A stretch of DNA of 64,000 nucleotides from a bacterium. GTDB lineage: Bacteria > Krumholzibacteriota > Krumholzibacteriia > G020349025. A program made the position numbers and the translations under genes. The notes below the pieces were generated by a model that ran no database searches, had not been told where the DNA came from, and saw only the letters and a list, made by a program, of their open reading frames with translations. The stretch covers positions 29,357 to 93,356 of the forward strand of contig JANLSU010000054.1 in NCBI GenBank assembly GCA_031362565.1, written 5' to 3'. Below, piece after piece: positions 31,172 to 41,539 of this stretch; the first letter of the stretch is position 1; each line of letters begins with the position of its first letter.

Positions 31172-34132
31172 ATGCGTGTCCGAGTTTGTGCCGCCCTGCT
31201 GGTCTTGCTGGCTGCGCCGTGTGTTTTCGCACAGGACACCCCGGCGCCTCGGCCGTCGCCGCTTCCGAATCTCGACTACCCGGACATGTTCTTCCCCGGT
31301 GCAACGTACGATGCGCAGGTGCCGACGCCGTCGTCGGTGCTGGGTTTCGCGGTCGGCTCGAAGCCTGCGAACCACGCGCAGATCGAAGCGGTCATCAAGG
31401 CCATCGCCGGTGCGAGCCCGCGCTGCAAGCTCTTCGAGTATGGCAAGACGCACGAGGGCCGCACGCTGTATGCATTGGCCATCGCCTCCGAAGCCAACAT
31501 CGCCAGACTCGAGGCGCTGAAGGCCGATTGGGCCAAGCTGGCCGACCCGCGCATCGCCTCCAAAGGCGAGACCGACCGCCTGGCGGCGACCCTGCCGGCC
31601 ATGGCCTGGATGGCCTACTGCATTCATGGCGACGAGATGTCCGGCTCCGACGCATCGCTTGCCGTCGCGCATCACCTGGCGGCCTCGAACGATGCAGATG
31701 TCCGGACGTTGCTCGAGAACATCGTCGTCGTCATCGATCCACTCATGAACCCGGATGGGCGCGACCGCTATCTCTCGATGCTGGCGCAGAACCGCACCGT
31801 GCAGCCGAGCGTCGACGACCAGTCGCTTTTGCACAACGGTTTCTGGCCTTCGGGCCGCATGAATCATTATCTCTTCGACATGAACCGCGATTGGATCTTC
31901 GCGACGCAGCCGGAGACGCGCGGCCGCATCCTGACGATCAATACTTGGAATCCACAGTATTTCATGGAGAGCCACGAGATGGGCTCGCAGGATACGTTTC
32001 TCTTCATGCCGGGGCGCGAGGCACTGAATCCCAACTTGCCGGAGAACGTGCGCAAGTGGGAAGGCAAGTTTGCGGAAGATCAGGCGGCGGCTTTCGACGC
32101 GCGTGGGTGGCGTTACTACACGGGCGAATGGAACGATAATTGGTACCCGGGGTACTCGTCGTCTTGGGCGGCGCTGCGCGGCACGGTCGAAAATCTCTAC
32201 GAGCAGGCTGGGATCAGCACGGACGCTGTCCGGCGACCCGAAGGCACGCTGCACACGTATCGCGAAGCAGTGCACAAGCAACTTGTGAGCACGATGGCCA
32301 ATCTCACTTTTCTCGGCAAGAATCGCCAGGAAGTCCTGGCGGACTTCGTGGCCGAGAAGCGCAAGTGCGTCGGCCCCGGCGCCACGATTCCGGCTCGCAC
32401 CTACGCCATCAGCGCCTCGGGCAACAAAACGCGCCTGCGGCGCTTTCAAGACCTCATGTCCGTCGAAGGCTTCGATGTGCGCATCGCCGGCAAAGCATTC
32501 AAGGCATCGGGGACGGATCGCTTGGGACGCGAGGTGCGCGATCACGACTTCCCGGCCGGCACGCTGCTCGTGCCGGCCCGCCAGCCGCTCGCGCGCTTGC
32601 TACAAGCCATGCTCGAATTCGATCCGCGCATGCCGCCGCAGTTCCTGACCGACGAACGGCGCGACTTGTTGCGCTTCGGACGCTCGCGCATCTATGACAC
32701 GACGGGGTGGAGCGTGCCGATGCTCTTCGACGTCGATGCGTTCGAACTGGCGGGCGAGCCGCCGGCCGCGGCCGACGCCGAGCCCGCGGCGGCCACCGCT
32801 GACACGGGGACTCCCCTGCCGCCGGCGGTCACCAACACCGAGACAACCGTCGCCTTCGTCATCGACGGTGCCGACGATGCCAGCATCGCCGCCGCGGGCC
32901 GTTTGATGGAACGCGGCGTGTGGGTGCGGGTCGCCGACAAGCCGTTTCAATTCGACGGTCAGGACTTCCCGCATGGCAGCCTGCTCGTAACCCGCAAGGA
33001 CAACACAAACTTCCCGGGCGACCTGGCGGCCACGGTGCGGCAAGTGTGCGAAGAGTTGCAGACGACAGCCACCGGCGTCCGCACCGGCTGGGGGCCCGGC
33101 GACCTCCCCGACTTGGGCGGCGAACACTTCATTCTCCTGCATGCGCCGCGCATTGCAATTCTCGGGCGCGAACCGATTCGTCCGTACGGGTACGGCGAAG
33201 CGTGGTACCTCATCGATCATGTGCTCGGACTGCGCGCCTCTTACATCGACGCACACGATCTCGCACGCGCCGACTTGCGCCGCTACAACGTGCTCGTGAT
33301 CCCGGAAGGCGGCAGTTCGGTCGTCAAAGACAACATGGAATTACTCAAGACCTGGACGACATCCGGCGGCACACTCGTCGCCGTCGGCTCCTCGGCCGGG
33401 GCGATTGCGAAAGAGAAGGACGGCATCGGCGGCACGCGCCAACTCGGCGATGTGCTCGGCAAGATGGACGACTATCGCCAAGCGATCGTGCGCGAATGGG
33501 AAGGCCGCCGCGCCACCCCCGATCCCACTCAAGTGTGGTCGTTCTTGCCGCCGGCAGAAGTCGTCTATCCGTGGCTCATCGGTCCCGGCGGCGACAAACC
33601 GAACGACGACGAGTTGAAGCGCCAAGATGCATGGCGGGACATCTTCATGCCGCAGGGCACTCTGCTGGCGGGACGTGTCGACGATCGCAGTTGGCTGACA
33701 GGCGGCTTGGGCGACTACGTGCCGGTTCTCTACGCGAGTGACACGGTGCTCATGGCGCCGCCGGCAGTCCAAGTGCCGGTGCGGCTTGGCGTATTCAGTT
33801 CGGCGTCGGCGCGGTCGGAACCGGCAAAGGCCGATCCCGGAAAGACCAAAAACGCCAAGAGCGACGAAAAAGACAAACCGGCGCCCGGCTGGAGCATCGC
33901 GCCACCCGGCTACGAAATGCGCCTGCGCATGAGCGGCCTGCTGTGGCCGGAAGCCGCGAACCGGCTGGCGAATGCCGCGTACGTGACGCGCGAATCGGTT
34001 GGTTCGGGGCAGATTATTCTGTTTGCGAGTGATCCGACGTTTCGGGCGGCAGCGCTCGGCACGATGCGGATTTTCGCCAACGCCGTCGTCTGCGGGCCGG
34101 GCATGGGCGCGTCACAGCCGATCGAACCCTAG
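31172..34132 (+). CDS. Secreted M14 family zinc carboxypeptidase
   Basis: Signal peptide; IHGDE, NPDG, DMNRD, HEM motifs; C-terminal glutamine-amidotransferase-like region. Confidence 0.88.
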   Translation: MRVRVCAALLVLLAAPCVFAQDTPAPRPSPLPNLDYPDMFFPGATYDAQVPTPSSVLGFAVGSKPANHAQIEAVIKAIAGASPRCKLFEYGKTHEGRTLYALAIASEANIARLEALKADWAKLADPRIASKGETDRLAATLPAMAWMAYCIHGDEMSGSDASLAVAHHLAASNDADVRTLLENIVVVIDPLMNPDGRDRYLSMLAQNRTVQPSVDDQSLLHNGFWPSGRMNHYLFDMNRDWIFATQPETRGRILTINTWNPQYFMESHEMGSQDTFLFMPGREALNPNLPENVRKWEGKFAEDQAAAFDARGWRYYTGEWNDNWYPGYSSSWAALRGTVENLYEQAGISTDAVRRPEGTLHTYREAVHKQLVSTMANLTFLGKNRQEVLADFVAEKRKCVGPGATIPARTYAISASGNKTRLRRFQDLMSVEGFDVRIAGKAFKASGTDRLGREVRDHDFPAGTLLVPARQPLARLLQAMLEFDPRMPPQFLTDERRDLLRFGRSRIYDTTGWSVPMLFDVDAFELAGEPPAAADAEPAAATADTGTPLPPAVTNTETTVAFVIDGADDASIAAAGRLMERGVWVRVADKPFQFDGQDFPHGSLLVTRKDNTNFPGDLAATVRQVCEELQTTATGVRTGWGPGDLPDLGGEHFILLHAPRIAILGREPIRPYGYGEAWYLIDHVLGLRASYIDAHDLARADLRRYNVLVIPEGGSSVVKDNMELLKTWTTSGGTLVAVGSSAGAIAKEKDGIGGTRQLGDVLGKMDDYRQAIVREWEGRRATPDPTQVWSFLPPAEVVYPWLIGPGGDKPNDDELKRQDAWRDIFMPQGTLLAGRVDDRSWLTGGLGDYVPVLYASDTVLMAPPAVQVPVRLGVFSSASARSEPAKADPGKTKNAKSDEKDKPAPGWSIAPPGYEMRLRMSGLLWPEAANRLANAAYVTRESVGSGQIILFASDPTFRAAALGTMRIFANAVVCGPGMGASQPIEP

Positions 34133-35586
34133 ACAGCCGGCACTGCGCCGGCGCTGCGCCGGCGCAGCACTACGATCGCGAGCCCGAGTGTCACCGCTTG
34201 GGGCACGCCGCTCAGCACCGCGAGCAGCCTGGGATCCATCACCCAGTCGAGCGGCCACATGAAATCCAACGCGAGCCACGTCAGGAGAATCGCGGCCAAC
34301 GCCTTCGGCGTCGGAAACGACATCGCTCCCAGCAGCACGAGCAGGATCAGCGGCGGGAATGCCGCGTAGGCCTGGGGCAGAAACGGGCTCCGTAACGTCG
34401 CCAGAATCAAAATCGCCAGCCACAGGAGTGGCCGCTCGCCCGGCGGCGCCGCGCGTCTTCCCACCGCAAAGACCACCGCAGTAGCGATCACCGTGTAAAT
34501 CCATGCGACGATCTTCGCCGCTGCGAAGTCCATTCCCGGCACCCCGAAGAGCTTGAGCTTGAAGATGAGCCCGGGCAGCGAATAGTTAATGGCGATCGCC
34601 ATCGGATTGCGAAACGCCGGAAACGCCTCGCCGCCAACGAGTCCCGGAAGATGGCGGAAGAACGCGGTGTACGACGGCCAGCCGGTATCGATCAAGGTGA
34701 GGCCTGCCAGCGCAACGCCGAACGCCCCGGTCCAGAGCACCGCGCGCCACTGCCGCCGTCCGACCAAGTACACGAGCAGCAAGCCGGGGAAGAGTTTGCT
34801 CGCTGTCGCATAGGCCAGCAAAACACCACCGGCGGCCCAGCGCCGCCGTTCGAAGAGCGCCATGGCGAGCACTGCGATTGCCGTCATGAGCGCTTGGGCG
34901 TTGCCCTTCTGCAACATGCTCTGGGTTGGAAGTGCGGCCCAGACGAGCGGTGAGAGCAGCAGCAGGCGCGTCCCAGCGGCCGGACCCAGGGCCCGCGCCA
35001 GCGCCAGCAGGGCGATGAGCACAGCGGCGCAATTCAACCCGAACCACATCATGCGAAATCGCCCGAAGTCCGGAAACACGAACTGCAGCGCGCGTGGCAG
35101 CAGCAGGAACGGCGGCGGGTATTCGTACACGTCGATCTTGAACGGACCGATCAGACGCGCTTTGCGCACGGCGGTTGGATCGTTGTTGGGAAGCGAATAG
35201 AGGGAGTCCGCGTAGACATCGGGCACCCGATCCGCAGCCCGCGCCGCGACGAAGTAGGACGACACGCAAGAATGGCGCACTTCCCAATCGCTCGAGGGCA
35301 CGGACGAGTAGCCAGGCTGCGTGGGGTCGACCATGAACACCGCGAGCCGCGCGAGCTGGACGATGGCGGCGATCGTCGCCACTGCGGCAATGATCTTGAG
35401 CCCACGCGAACCGGCGGCCGCGTCGATCGCGACGATCGGGCGCGTTCGACATGCCCATGTGATGAGTCCGGCAACGAGGGCGCCGACCACCAGCGCGGCG
35501 GGCACCGACGCCGTGAGTCCGGCCGCAATCGTCAACGCAAAAATTCCACCGGCGACGCCGATGGAACTCGCGACGAGGGTGCGCAT
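34129..35586 (-). CDS. Membrane GT-C glycosyltransferase (GT87/DUF2029-like)
   Basis: Many TM segments; YEYPPPFLLL, GN, K.FP, NYSL motifs. Start uncertain. Confidence 0.7.
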   Translation of the reverse strand: MRTLVASSIGVAGGIFALTIAAGLTASVPAALVVGALVAGLITWACRTRPIVAIDAAAGSRGLKIIAAVATIAAIVQLARLAVFMVDPTQPGYSSVPSSDWEVRHSCVSSYFVAARAADRVPDVYADSLYSLPNNDPTAVRKARLIGPFKIDVYEYPPPFLLLPRALQFVFPDFGRFRMMWFGLNCAAVLIALLALARALGPAAGTRLLLLSPLVWAALPTQSMLQKGNAQALMTAIAVLAMALFERRRWAAGGVLLAYATASKLFPGLLLVYLVGRRQWRAVLWTGAFGVALAGLTLIDTGWPSYTAFFRHLPGLVGGEAFPAFRNPMAIAINYSLPGLIFKLKLFGVPGMDFAAAKIVAWIYTVIATAVVFAVGRRAAPPGERPLLWLAILILATLRSPFLPQAYAAFPPLILLVLLGAMSFPTPKALAAILLTWLALDFMWPLDWVMDPRLLAVLSGVPQAVTLGLAIVVLRRRSAGAVPAV

Positions 35587-35621
35587 GACACCACGATTCG
35601 AAGATTCAGTGGGGAGTGTGT

Positions 35622-37406
35622 TCAGCGTAGTAGCACCGTCTTGGCACGCACGTGCTGCGCGCCGTGGGCGGCCGGCAACTCGAGTTGCACGAAGTACACA
35701 CCGTTTGGCAGGACCCGGTCCGCGTCGTCGCGGCCGTTCCACACCAGCGCGCGACTTCCCGCGGCCTCCGCGCCGCGCCGCAGCGTACGTACCCGCCGCC
35801 CCGTCGCATCGACAATCGTCACGGCCACCGTTGCCGGGCTCGAAAGCGCATAGCGAATCGTCGTCTCGCCGCGCATCGGATTCGGCGCCACGCTCAGGCT
35901 GCGCGTCCAATTCGCTTCATCGCCCGCAACATCCGTGGCGCTCAAATACGCCAATGCCGCCGGCGCGTTCAAAATCCCCCAGCCCAGCAAATTATCCGGA
36001 CTCCCCGCCTGGCTCGCCGTCAAACGCATCGCATCGCGAATCTGCATCGGCGTCGCCGCGGGCCGCGCCGAGACCAGCAATGCCGCAACGCCGGCCGCCA
36101 ACGGACATGAGAGCGAGGTCCCGGATGCGGTGCGATAGTCGGTCGTACCGGTCGTGCTCGCACACCGCACCCGCACTCCGCACGCATCGATGTCGGGCTT
36201 GATACGCCCCAGGCCATCGGTCGTCGGCCCGACCGAACTGAAACTGGCGCGCACGCCCAGCGTATCGACCGCGCCCACTGCAATCACACTGTCGCCGTCC
36301 GCGGGACCGATCAACGTGTTGTGAAGGGTGTTGAGCCCTTGGTTGCCCGCCGAGTTGACGACCACGATGCCGCGCCCGACGGCCAGGTCGGCGGCGCGCG
36401 TAATCACCGTCGTATTGCCGTCCATGTTTTCCCAAGTGAAACTCGGGAAGGGCACGTCGAAGTCGAGATAGCCGAGCGACGTCGATGCGACATCGATGCC
36501 GATACTGTCGGCCCACTCGATGGCGGCGACCCAATTGTCTTCTTCGAGCGGCGTTTCACTCGCATCGTCTTCGGTGCGCGCCAGCACGAAATGCGCTCCG
36601 AAGGCGGCGCCAATGAGGTTGCCGGGCGCCCAGCCGGCGAGTGCCGAGAGGGTCAGGATGCCGTGCGCACCAAAGCTCGACGGGGCGCTGACCGGTGGCG
36701 CCGGATCGGCGTCGCCATCCACGAAGTCATGGGCGGCGACGATGGTCACCGGCAAGAGCGACTCATGGGCCAGGAGCCGGTAGCCGTTGTCGAAATGCCC
36801 CACGAGGACATTCTGTCCGGTGATCCCCTGCGCATGCAGAGTCGTGACACCGATCTGTTGCAATTGTTTGAAGGATGGACCGTAGTCGATGGAGCCGGAA
36901 GGCTTGCGAGCGGGAGTGGGCTTTTCCGGTGCGACAACACCTGGAGTTTCCTCGGCGCGGCGGCGGCGAAAGCGAGCCAGGGGTTCGATGGCGCGCACAC
37001 CAGGCAACAGAGCGATCGTGGCGATTTCCGCTGCCGTTGCCTCGACACTGATCCGATTCAGCCATTTCGAGCGCTGGCGAACCTTGGCGCCGGTCCGCTC
37101 TACGGCCGACACATACGATTCATCGAGTGGCAGATCACCGGCATCCAGAAGCGCCTTCTCCAGTCGGACCTTGCGGCGGCGCTGCAGGCTGCGCTCGGAA
37201 ACGAGATCGCCGGGCGGCGATGCCTTCCAAGCCTCGTGCACGCCTTTGTCGGCGAACACGACCCACACGGGCAAAGTGACATTGTTGGGTAGGGTCGCGA
37301 ATTGAGCCGCAACCCGGGGATCGACCCCGGCACGCTCTTGCGCGGCGCCGAAAGCCCACGCCGGAACCAGGGCCGCAATCCAGATGCCGAACGCCAATGC
37401 CTTCAT
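35622..37406 (-). CDS. Secreted S8 subtilisin-like serine protease with FlgD-Ig/T9SS-like C-terminal domain
   Basis: Triad FDNG / HG / GTSLSCP, SAGN, KPD; C-terminus PNP...DATGRRVRTL...WNGRD...GVYFVQL. Confidence 0.92.
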   Translation of the reverse strand: MKALAFGIWIAALVPAWAFGAAQERAGVDPRVAAQFATLPNNVTLPVWVVFADKGVHEAWKASPPGDLVSERSLQRRRKVRLEKALLDAGDLPLDESYVSAVERTGAKVRQRSKWLNRISVEATAAEIATIALLPGVRAIEPLARFRRRRAEETPGVVAPEKPTPARKPSGSIDYGPSFKQLQQIGVTTLHAQGITGQNVLVGHFDNGYRLLAHESLLPVTIVAAHDFVDGDADPAPPVSAPSSFGAHGILTLSALAGWAPGNLIGAAFGAHFVLARTEDDASETPLEEDNWVAAIEWADSIGIDVASTSLGYLDFDVPFPSFTWENMDGNTTVITRAADLAVGRGIVVVNSAGNQGLNTLHNTLIGPADGDSVIAVGAVDTLGVRASFSSVGPTTDGLGRIKPDIDACGVRVRCASTTGTTDYRTASGTSLSCPLAAGVAALLVSARPAATPMQIRDAMRLTASQAGSPDNLLGWGILNAPAALAYLSATDVAGDEANWTRSLSVAPNPMRGETTIRYALSSPATVAVTIVDATGRRVRTLRRGAEAAGSRALVWNGRDDADRVLPNGVYFVQLELPAAHGAQHVRAKTVLLR

Positions 37407-37436
37407 CGCCGGACCTCCGTCTGGCGATTCTAGCAC

Positions 37437-38228
37437 TCAACGCCGGTTCGGGGGCTGTTGAGCCGGCTCCGGCGATTGCCGCGACGCTTGGGGGCTCGCC
37501 TTGGTGCCTTCGTGCTCCGGCGTGTCTCTGGCGCCGGCATCCACCGGCTCACCGGCTTCCGGCGCTTGGAGAACGTAGCCGCTGCCGCGCATCGTCTGCA
37601 GAACCTTGGTGTCGAAATCGCCGTCGATCTTGCGGCGCAGACGCGCCACGTGTACGTCGATGACATTCGACAGCGGATCGAAGTCCTGTTCCCAAACGTG
37701 TTCGGCAAGCATCGTGCGTGACACGACCCGCCCGGCGTTGCGCATCAGATACTCGAGGACGGCATATTCGCGATTCGTCAACTCGATGCGCTGGCCGCGC
37801 CGCGTGACCCGATGCCGCAGGCTATCGAGTTCCAGATCATCGACCCGCATCACCGTCGCCACCAAGCTGCCGCGCCGCCGCAACAGCGCCCGGACCCGCG
37901 CTAGCAGTTCGTCGAAGCTGAACGGCTTGGTGAGATAGTCGTCGGCACCTGCATCAAAGCCGGTGATCTTGTCGACGAGTTCGTCGCGTACCGTCAGCAT
38001 TAGGATCGGAATCGTAATTCCGTCGGCACGCAGCGCCTGAAGCACATCGATACCGCTGCGTTTCGGCAAGCGCCAATCGAGAATGATGAGGTCGTACTCG
38101 CCACTGCCGGCGGCAAAAATCGCTTCGTCGCCATCGGCGGCGGTATCGACGGCGAACTGTTCTTCGCGCAGACCGCGGCGGATGAAGCTCGCGACCTGAG
38201 CGTCGTCTTCCACGACTAGAATGCGCAT
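37437..38228 (-). CDS. OmpR/PhoB family response regulator (CusR/CopR-like)
   Basis: MRILVVEDD, IILD, GADDYLTKPF, LTNREY, NVIDVHV.RLRRK, TMRG.GY; about 40-aa disordered tail. Confidence 0.93.
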   Translation of the reverse strand: MRILVVEDDAQVASFIRRGLREEQFAVDTAADGDEAIFAAGSGEYDLIILDWRLPKRSGIDVLQALRADGITIPILMLTVRDELVDKITGFDAGADDYLTKPFSFDELLARVRALLRRRGSLVATVMRVDDLELDSLRHRVTRRGQRIELTNREYAVLEYLMRNAGRVVSRTMLAEHVWEQDFDPLSNVIDVHVARLRRKIDGDFDTKVLQTMRGSGYVLQAPEAGEPVDAGARDTPEHEGTKASPQASRQSPEPAQQPPNRR

Positions 38229-38262
38229 GGTTCTCCTAACCGCAGGATTGCGAAGATTGCCG

Positions 38263-38700
38263 TCATACAACATCTCCGGGGGGAATGCCCGAACCCGCCA
38301 GCGTCGCCTCGATGGCCGCCACGACCTTCGCGGTGCTGAACGGCTTGATCAAGCGCGGGTGGCCGTCCAGTTCTGCATGCCAGGAGTCGGGAGTGCCTTC
38401 CGGTGGCACGGCGGTCACGAAGATGATCGGCGTTTTCCCGAGTTCCGGGTCGGCGCCGAGAACCGCTGCCATTTCCCTGCCGGTCATCCCGGGCATAACC
38501 ACGTCGAGCAAGATCAGATCCGGATTGAACTCCGGGACGGCAGCGAGACCTGCCGCGCCTGAATTTTCGATTCGCACCTCGTAGCCTGCCTCGTCCTGGA
38601 GGTTGAGACGAAACAGGCGCGTCAAAACGACCTCGTCATCGACAAGCAGAATGCGCCTCGGACGCGCCGGCGTTCCTGGTGCTGCATCGTGCGGCATCAT
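38263..38700 (-). CDS. Single-domain response regulator
   Basis: ILLVDDE, PDLILLDVVMPGMTG, FVTA, KPF. Confidence 0.9.
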   Translation of the reverse strand: MMPHDAAPGTPARPRRILLVDDEVVLTRLFRLNLQDEAGYEVRIENSGAAGLAAVPEFNPDLILLDVVMPGMTGREMAAVLGADPELGKTPIIFVTAVPPEGTPDSWHAELDGHPRLIKPFSTAKVVAAIEATLAGSGIPPGDVV

Positions 38701-39995
38701 GCGAGCCTTTCCATTGGGAAGAGAAGCGAGACCGTAGCGCCCCGCCCCTCGCGATTGCGAACCCGGATGAGACCGCCGTGCATGTCGACGATCTTCTTGA
38801 TGACCGTGAGCCCCAGTCCGGTGCCCTGTCCCGTCGGTTTGGTGGTGAAGAACGGATCGAAGATTTTCGTCAGAAACTCTTCCGGAATGCCGGGACCGGT
38901 GTCTTCGATCTCGACGGCGATGACGGATTGGCTGCCGAGACTCGAGCCGGGGTCTTTCTCGCCGCCCGCCACTTCACCGAGCCGCTTGACGCCGGTCGTG
39001 ACCGTGAGCGTGCCGCCGTGTTCCATCACTTCCATGGCATTCTGAAAGACATTCAAGAACACCTGCTCCATCCGGCTGGTGTCCAACGGCATGCGCGGCA
39101 GGTTCCCGGCCAGCCGTTTCTCGACGGTGATCGAGCGCTTCGCGAGGTCGCGATCAAGAAGACCGAGCGCGCTGTCGACGATCGGGTTGAGCTGAGCCTG
39201 CTCGCGATGAATGAGGCTCGGAGCGGAAAAATCGAGCATGCTGTGAATGACGCGCGTGGCTCGCTTGACGGCCGCATCCATGTCATCCAACACCTGCACG
39301 GCCTCGTGAGCGCCCTCGGGAAGATGTTTGCGGAGGTATTCGACCCCCATGACGATGACCGTCAGCGGGTTCTTCACCTCGTGGGCGACTCCCGCGGCCA
39401 AGCGCCCGATGGATTCCATCTTCGCGACCTGGATGAGTTGATGCTGGGCCGCCTGCAGCGCCTTGTGGGACTCCTGCAACGCCTCCAGGGCGCGCAGCAG
39501 TTCCGCCTCGCGCTTCTCGAGCGTGTCTTCGATGATGACGCGGTAGTTTTGCTCGCTGCGGCGGAGAACCTGCTCCGCGAGCTGTGTTTCGGTCTCCGCA
39601 AGCCGCTTGGCGATGGCGTTGCGGATCGCATCCGGAAGGCGCGCCAGATTGCTCTTCAGAACGTAGTCGTCGGCGCCCTCGCGCATGCAATCCAGGGCGA
39701 TGCGCTCCATCGCGGTCCCGGTCACGAGAATGAACGGGGTAATCAGGTGGCGATCGCGCAAGGCGTGTAGCGCGTCCATCGCGGTGAACTCCGGCGGGAG
39801 GCCGGCGGCCAAGATCACATCCGGCGCAAAATCGACGAGCGCGGCCTGAAAATCGGCCATGGTCCATACCCGGCGCGATTCGTAGCCGAAATTGACCCGC
39901 TTCAGCTCGGTCTCGATGAATCGCGCTTCGGCCGCCAGGTTCTCGAGAACCAGGATCCGTGAAACTTGGTTTTTCAAGGCGGCTGTTCTGATCAT
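38697..39995 (-). CDS. Cytoplasmic histidine kinase with N-terminal degenerate receiver domain
   Basis: H-box GVAHEVKNPL, N-box QVFLN..QNA, DTGPGI, FDPFFTTK, GTGLGL; N-terminal REC-like region with GADDYVLK. Confidence 0.9.
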   Translation of the reverse strand: MIRTAALKNQVSRILVLENLAAEARFIETELKRVNFGYESRRVWTMADFQAALVDFAPDVILAAGLPPEFTAMDALHALRDRHLITPFILVTGTAMERIALDCMREGADDYVLKSNLARLPDAIRNAIAKRLAETETQLAEQVLRRSEQNYRVIIEDTLEKREAELLRALEALQESHKALQAAQHQLIQVAKMESIGRLAAGVAHEVKNPLTVIVMGVEYLRKHLPEGAHEAVQVLDDMDAAVKRATRVIHSMLDFSAPSLIHREQAQLNPIVDSALGLLDRDLAKRSITVEKRLAGNLPRMPLDTSRMEQVFLNVFQNAMEVMEHGGTLTVTTGVKRLGEVAGGEKDPGSSLGSQSVIAVEIEDTGPGIPEEFLTKIFDPFFTTKPTGQGTGLGLTVIKKIVDMHGGLIRVRNREGRGATVSLLFPMERLA

Positions 39996-40077
39996 CGAGG
40001 TCCCTGTGATCTGCGGCCGGACGGCGCTTCCAAAAACGCCCCCGCCTCACGTGCTGTGATTGTGCCGTCGCGGCTTT

Positions 40078-40509
40078 TCAGCTTGGACCGCGGCCGGGTT
40101 GCGAAACGGTTTCCATGACTTCGCCCACGAGTTTTGGATCGTTGGCGTTCATCGCCAAGTCACCAAGTGACAAGATTCCTGCGAGACGCTTGTCGGTGTC
40201 GAGGATCACCAGGCGCCGGAGCTGTTTGTCGGACATGATCTTGGCCGCGACCTTCACGTCGTCGTCCTCGTGGCAGTACGAAACGTTTGGCGACATGACT
40301 TCGTTGACCTGCGTCGTCTCGGGATTGCGGCCCTCGGCAACGGCCCGCACCGTGATGTCACGATCGGTGATCATCCCGACGACCCGGCCGTCTTCGCAAA
40401 CGGGCATCGGGCCCACGTCGAAGAGACGCATTTTCTGCGCTGCTTCACGCAGGCTCTGAGATGGCGCGACGAACTCGACTTTTCGCGTCATGACCTCACT
40501 GAGCTTCAC
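40078..40509 (-). CDS. CBS domain protein
   Basis: Tandem CBS (VG.MPV...GMITDRDI; LRRL...GILSLGDL). GTG start with AAGGAG RBS. Confidence 0.92.
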   Translation of the reverse strand: MKLSEVMTRKVEFVAPSQSLREAAQKMRLFDVGPMPVCEDGRVVGMITDRDITVRAVAEGRNPETTQVNEVMSPNVSYCHEDDDVKVAAKIMSDKQLRRLVILDTDKRLAGILSLGDLAMNANDPKLVGEVMETVSQPGRGPS

Positions 40510-40543
40510 GGCCACTCCTTTTTCGACGGGGTCTCGCAGACCC

Positions 40544-40589
40544 AGGTTAGTCAATTTGCAGTGACGCCCGCATGACGCAGACATGACAG
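40544..40589 (-). promoter_or_regulatory. Triple 11-bp-period GTCA(T/C) box plus -10-like hexamer upstream of the CBS gene
   Basis: Minus strand CTGTCAT-GTCT-GCGTCAT-GCGG-GCGTCAC, then TAACCT 11 nt downstream. Confidence 0.65.
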
Positions 40590-40629
40590 AGTCGTCACGC
40601 TGTTCCAGGCAGGGCGCCGGGATTCCCGT

Positions 40630-41475
40630 TCACCGCCTGGGCTTCAAGTCATTATTGCCCGCCTGCGACTGATAGGCCACGCGGCAGGAATATCCGAGGT
40701 TGCCCACGTGCAACGTAGTGACCCACACCTTGGCGTAGTGGTTGTCGGCGGTGAACACTGCATAAACATGGCCGGTCAAGACTTCGACCGAATGCGATGC
40801 GTCCGGGTACGACCCCGAGCCGAGCGGTGCCCGGTCGATTTCGTCCCAAGAGGTCACGTAGCCCACGTCCTGGACCCGCGTTCCGCCCTGGCCGACCAGC
40901 CCGGGGCGATCCCCGGCGCCGGCGTTGAAGGACTGACAGAGCAAGTCGGCGCCAGTCGCGCTGGCCGACGTCGAAGGCGGATCCGTATCGACCAAGATGA
41001 ACCGCTCATTGCCGGGGCCATTCGTCAGGTCGAGAAGGGTCGACTCCTGGCGCGGCGTGTCCGTCACCACGTCGCTCGGGCGAGAAATCTTGGCGCCGCC
41101 ATCCTTGAAGGCGACGACCAGAAAACTGTACGTCGTGCCGTCCGTGAGGCCGGTCACGGTCTTGCTGAAGACACCCGCATCCTGCGTCGAGCTCAGCGTG
41201 GTGACCGCCGTCGTGCCGAACGCCACCGGGATCGTCTCGCCGGGGACCGGCGACTGACTGCCCGCCGCCTGATAGATTTGAAAGCCTTCACGATCTTCGC
41301 CGTAGTTGCTGCCACGCCAGGTGAGCGTGACCGCACCGCTGCCGGTCACCGAAGTAAGGCCGAGCGGTGGCGCCAGGTCCTTGGGCTGAACGGTGCCGGG
41401 GCTCGTGATGCTGTCGCACCCCGCGGTCAGAGCGGCGAGCAGTCCCCCAAGCATGAAAATTTGTTTCGAACGCAT
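40630..41475 (-). CDS. Lipoprotein with fibronectin type III-like domain
   Basis: Lipobox TAGC; VTLTW...FQIY...TGLTDGTTYSF.V.A. Confidence 0.8.
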   Translation of the reverse strand: MRSKQIFMLGGLLAALTAGCDSITSPGTVQPKDLAPPLGLTSVTGSGAVTLTWRGSNYGEDREGFQIYQAAGSQSPVPGETIPVAFGTTAVTTLSSTQDAGVFSKTVTGLTDGTTYSFLVVAFKDGGAKISRPSDVVTDTPRQESTLLDLTNGPGNERFILVDTDPPSTSASATGADLLCQSFNAGAGDRPGLVGQGGTRVQDVGYVTSWDEIDRAPLGSGSYPDASHSVEVLTGHVYAVFTADNHYAKVWVTTLHVGNLGYSCRVAYQSQAGNNDLKPRR

Positions 41476-41539
41476 GTGCTTCTCCTTGGTGGATCTACTG
41501 CTTGCAGGGTCTTGGGCGCTGCCTTCGGCGCCACTCCCC

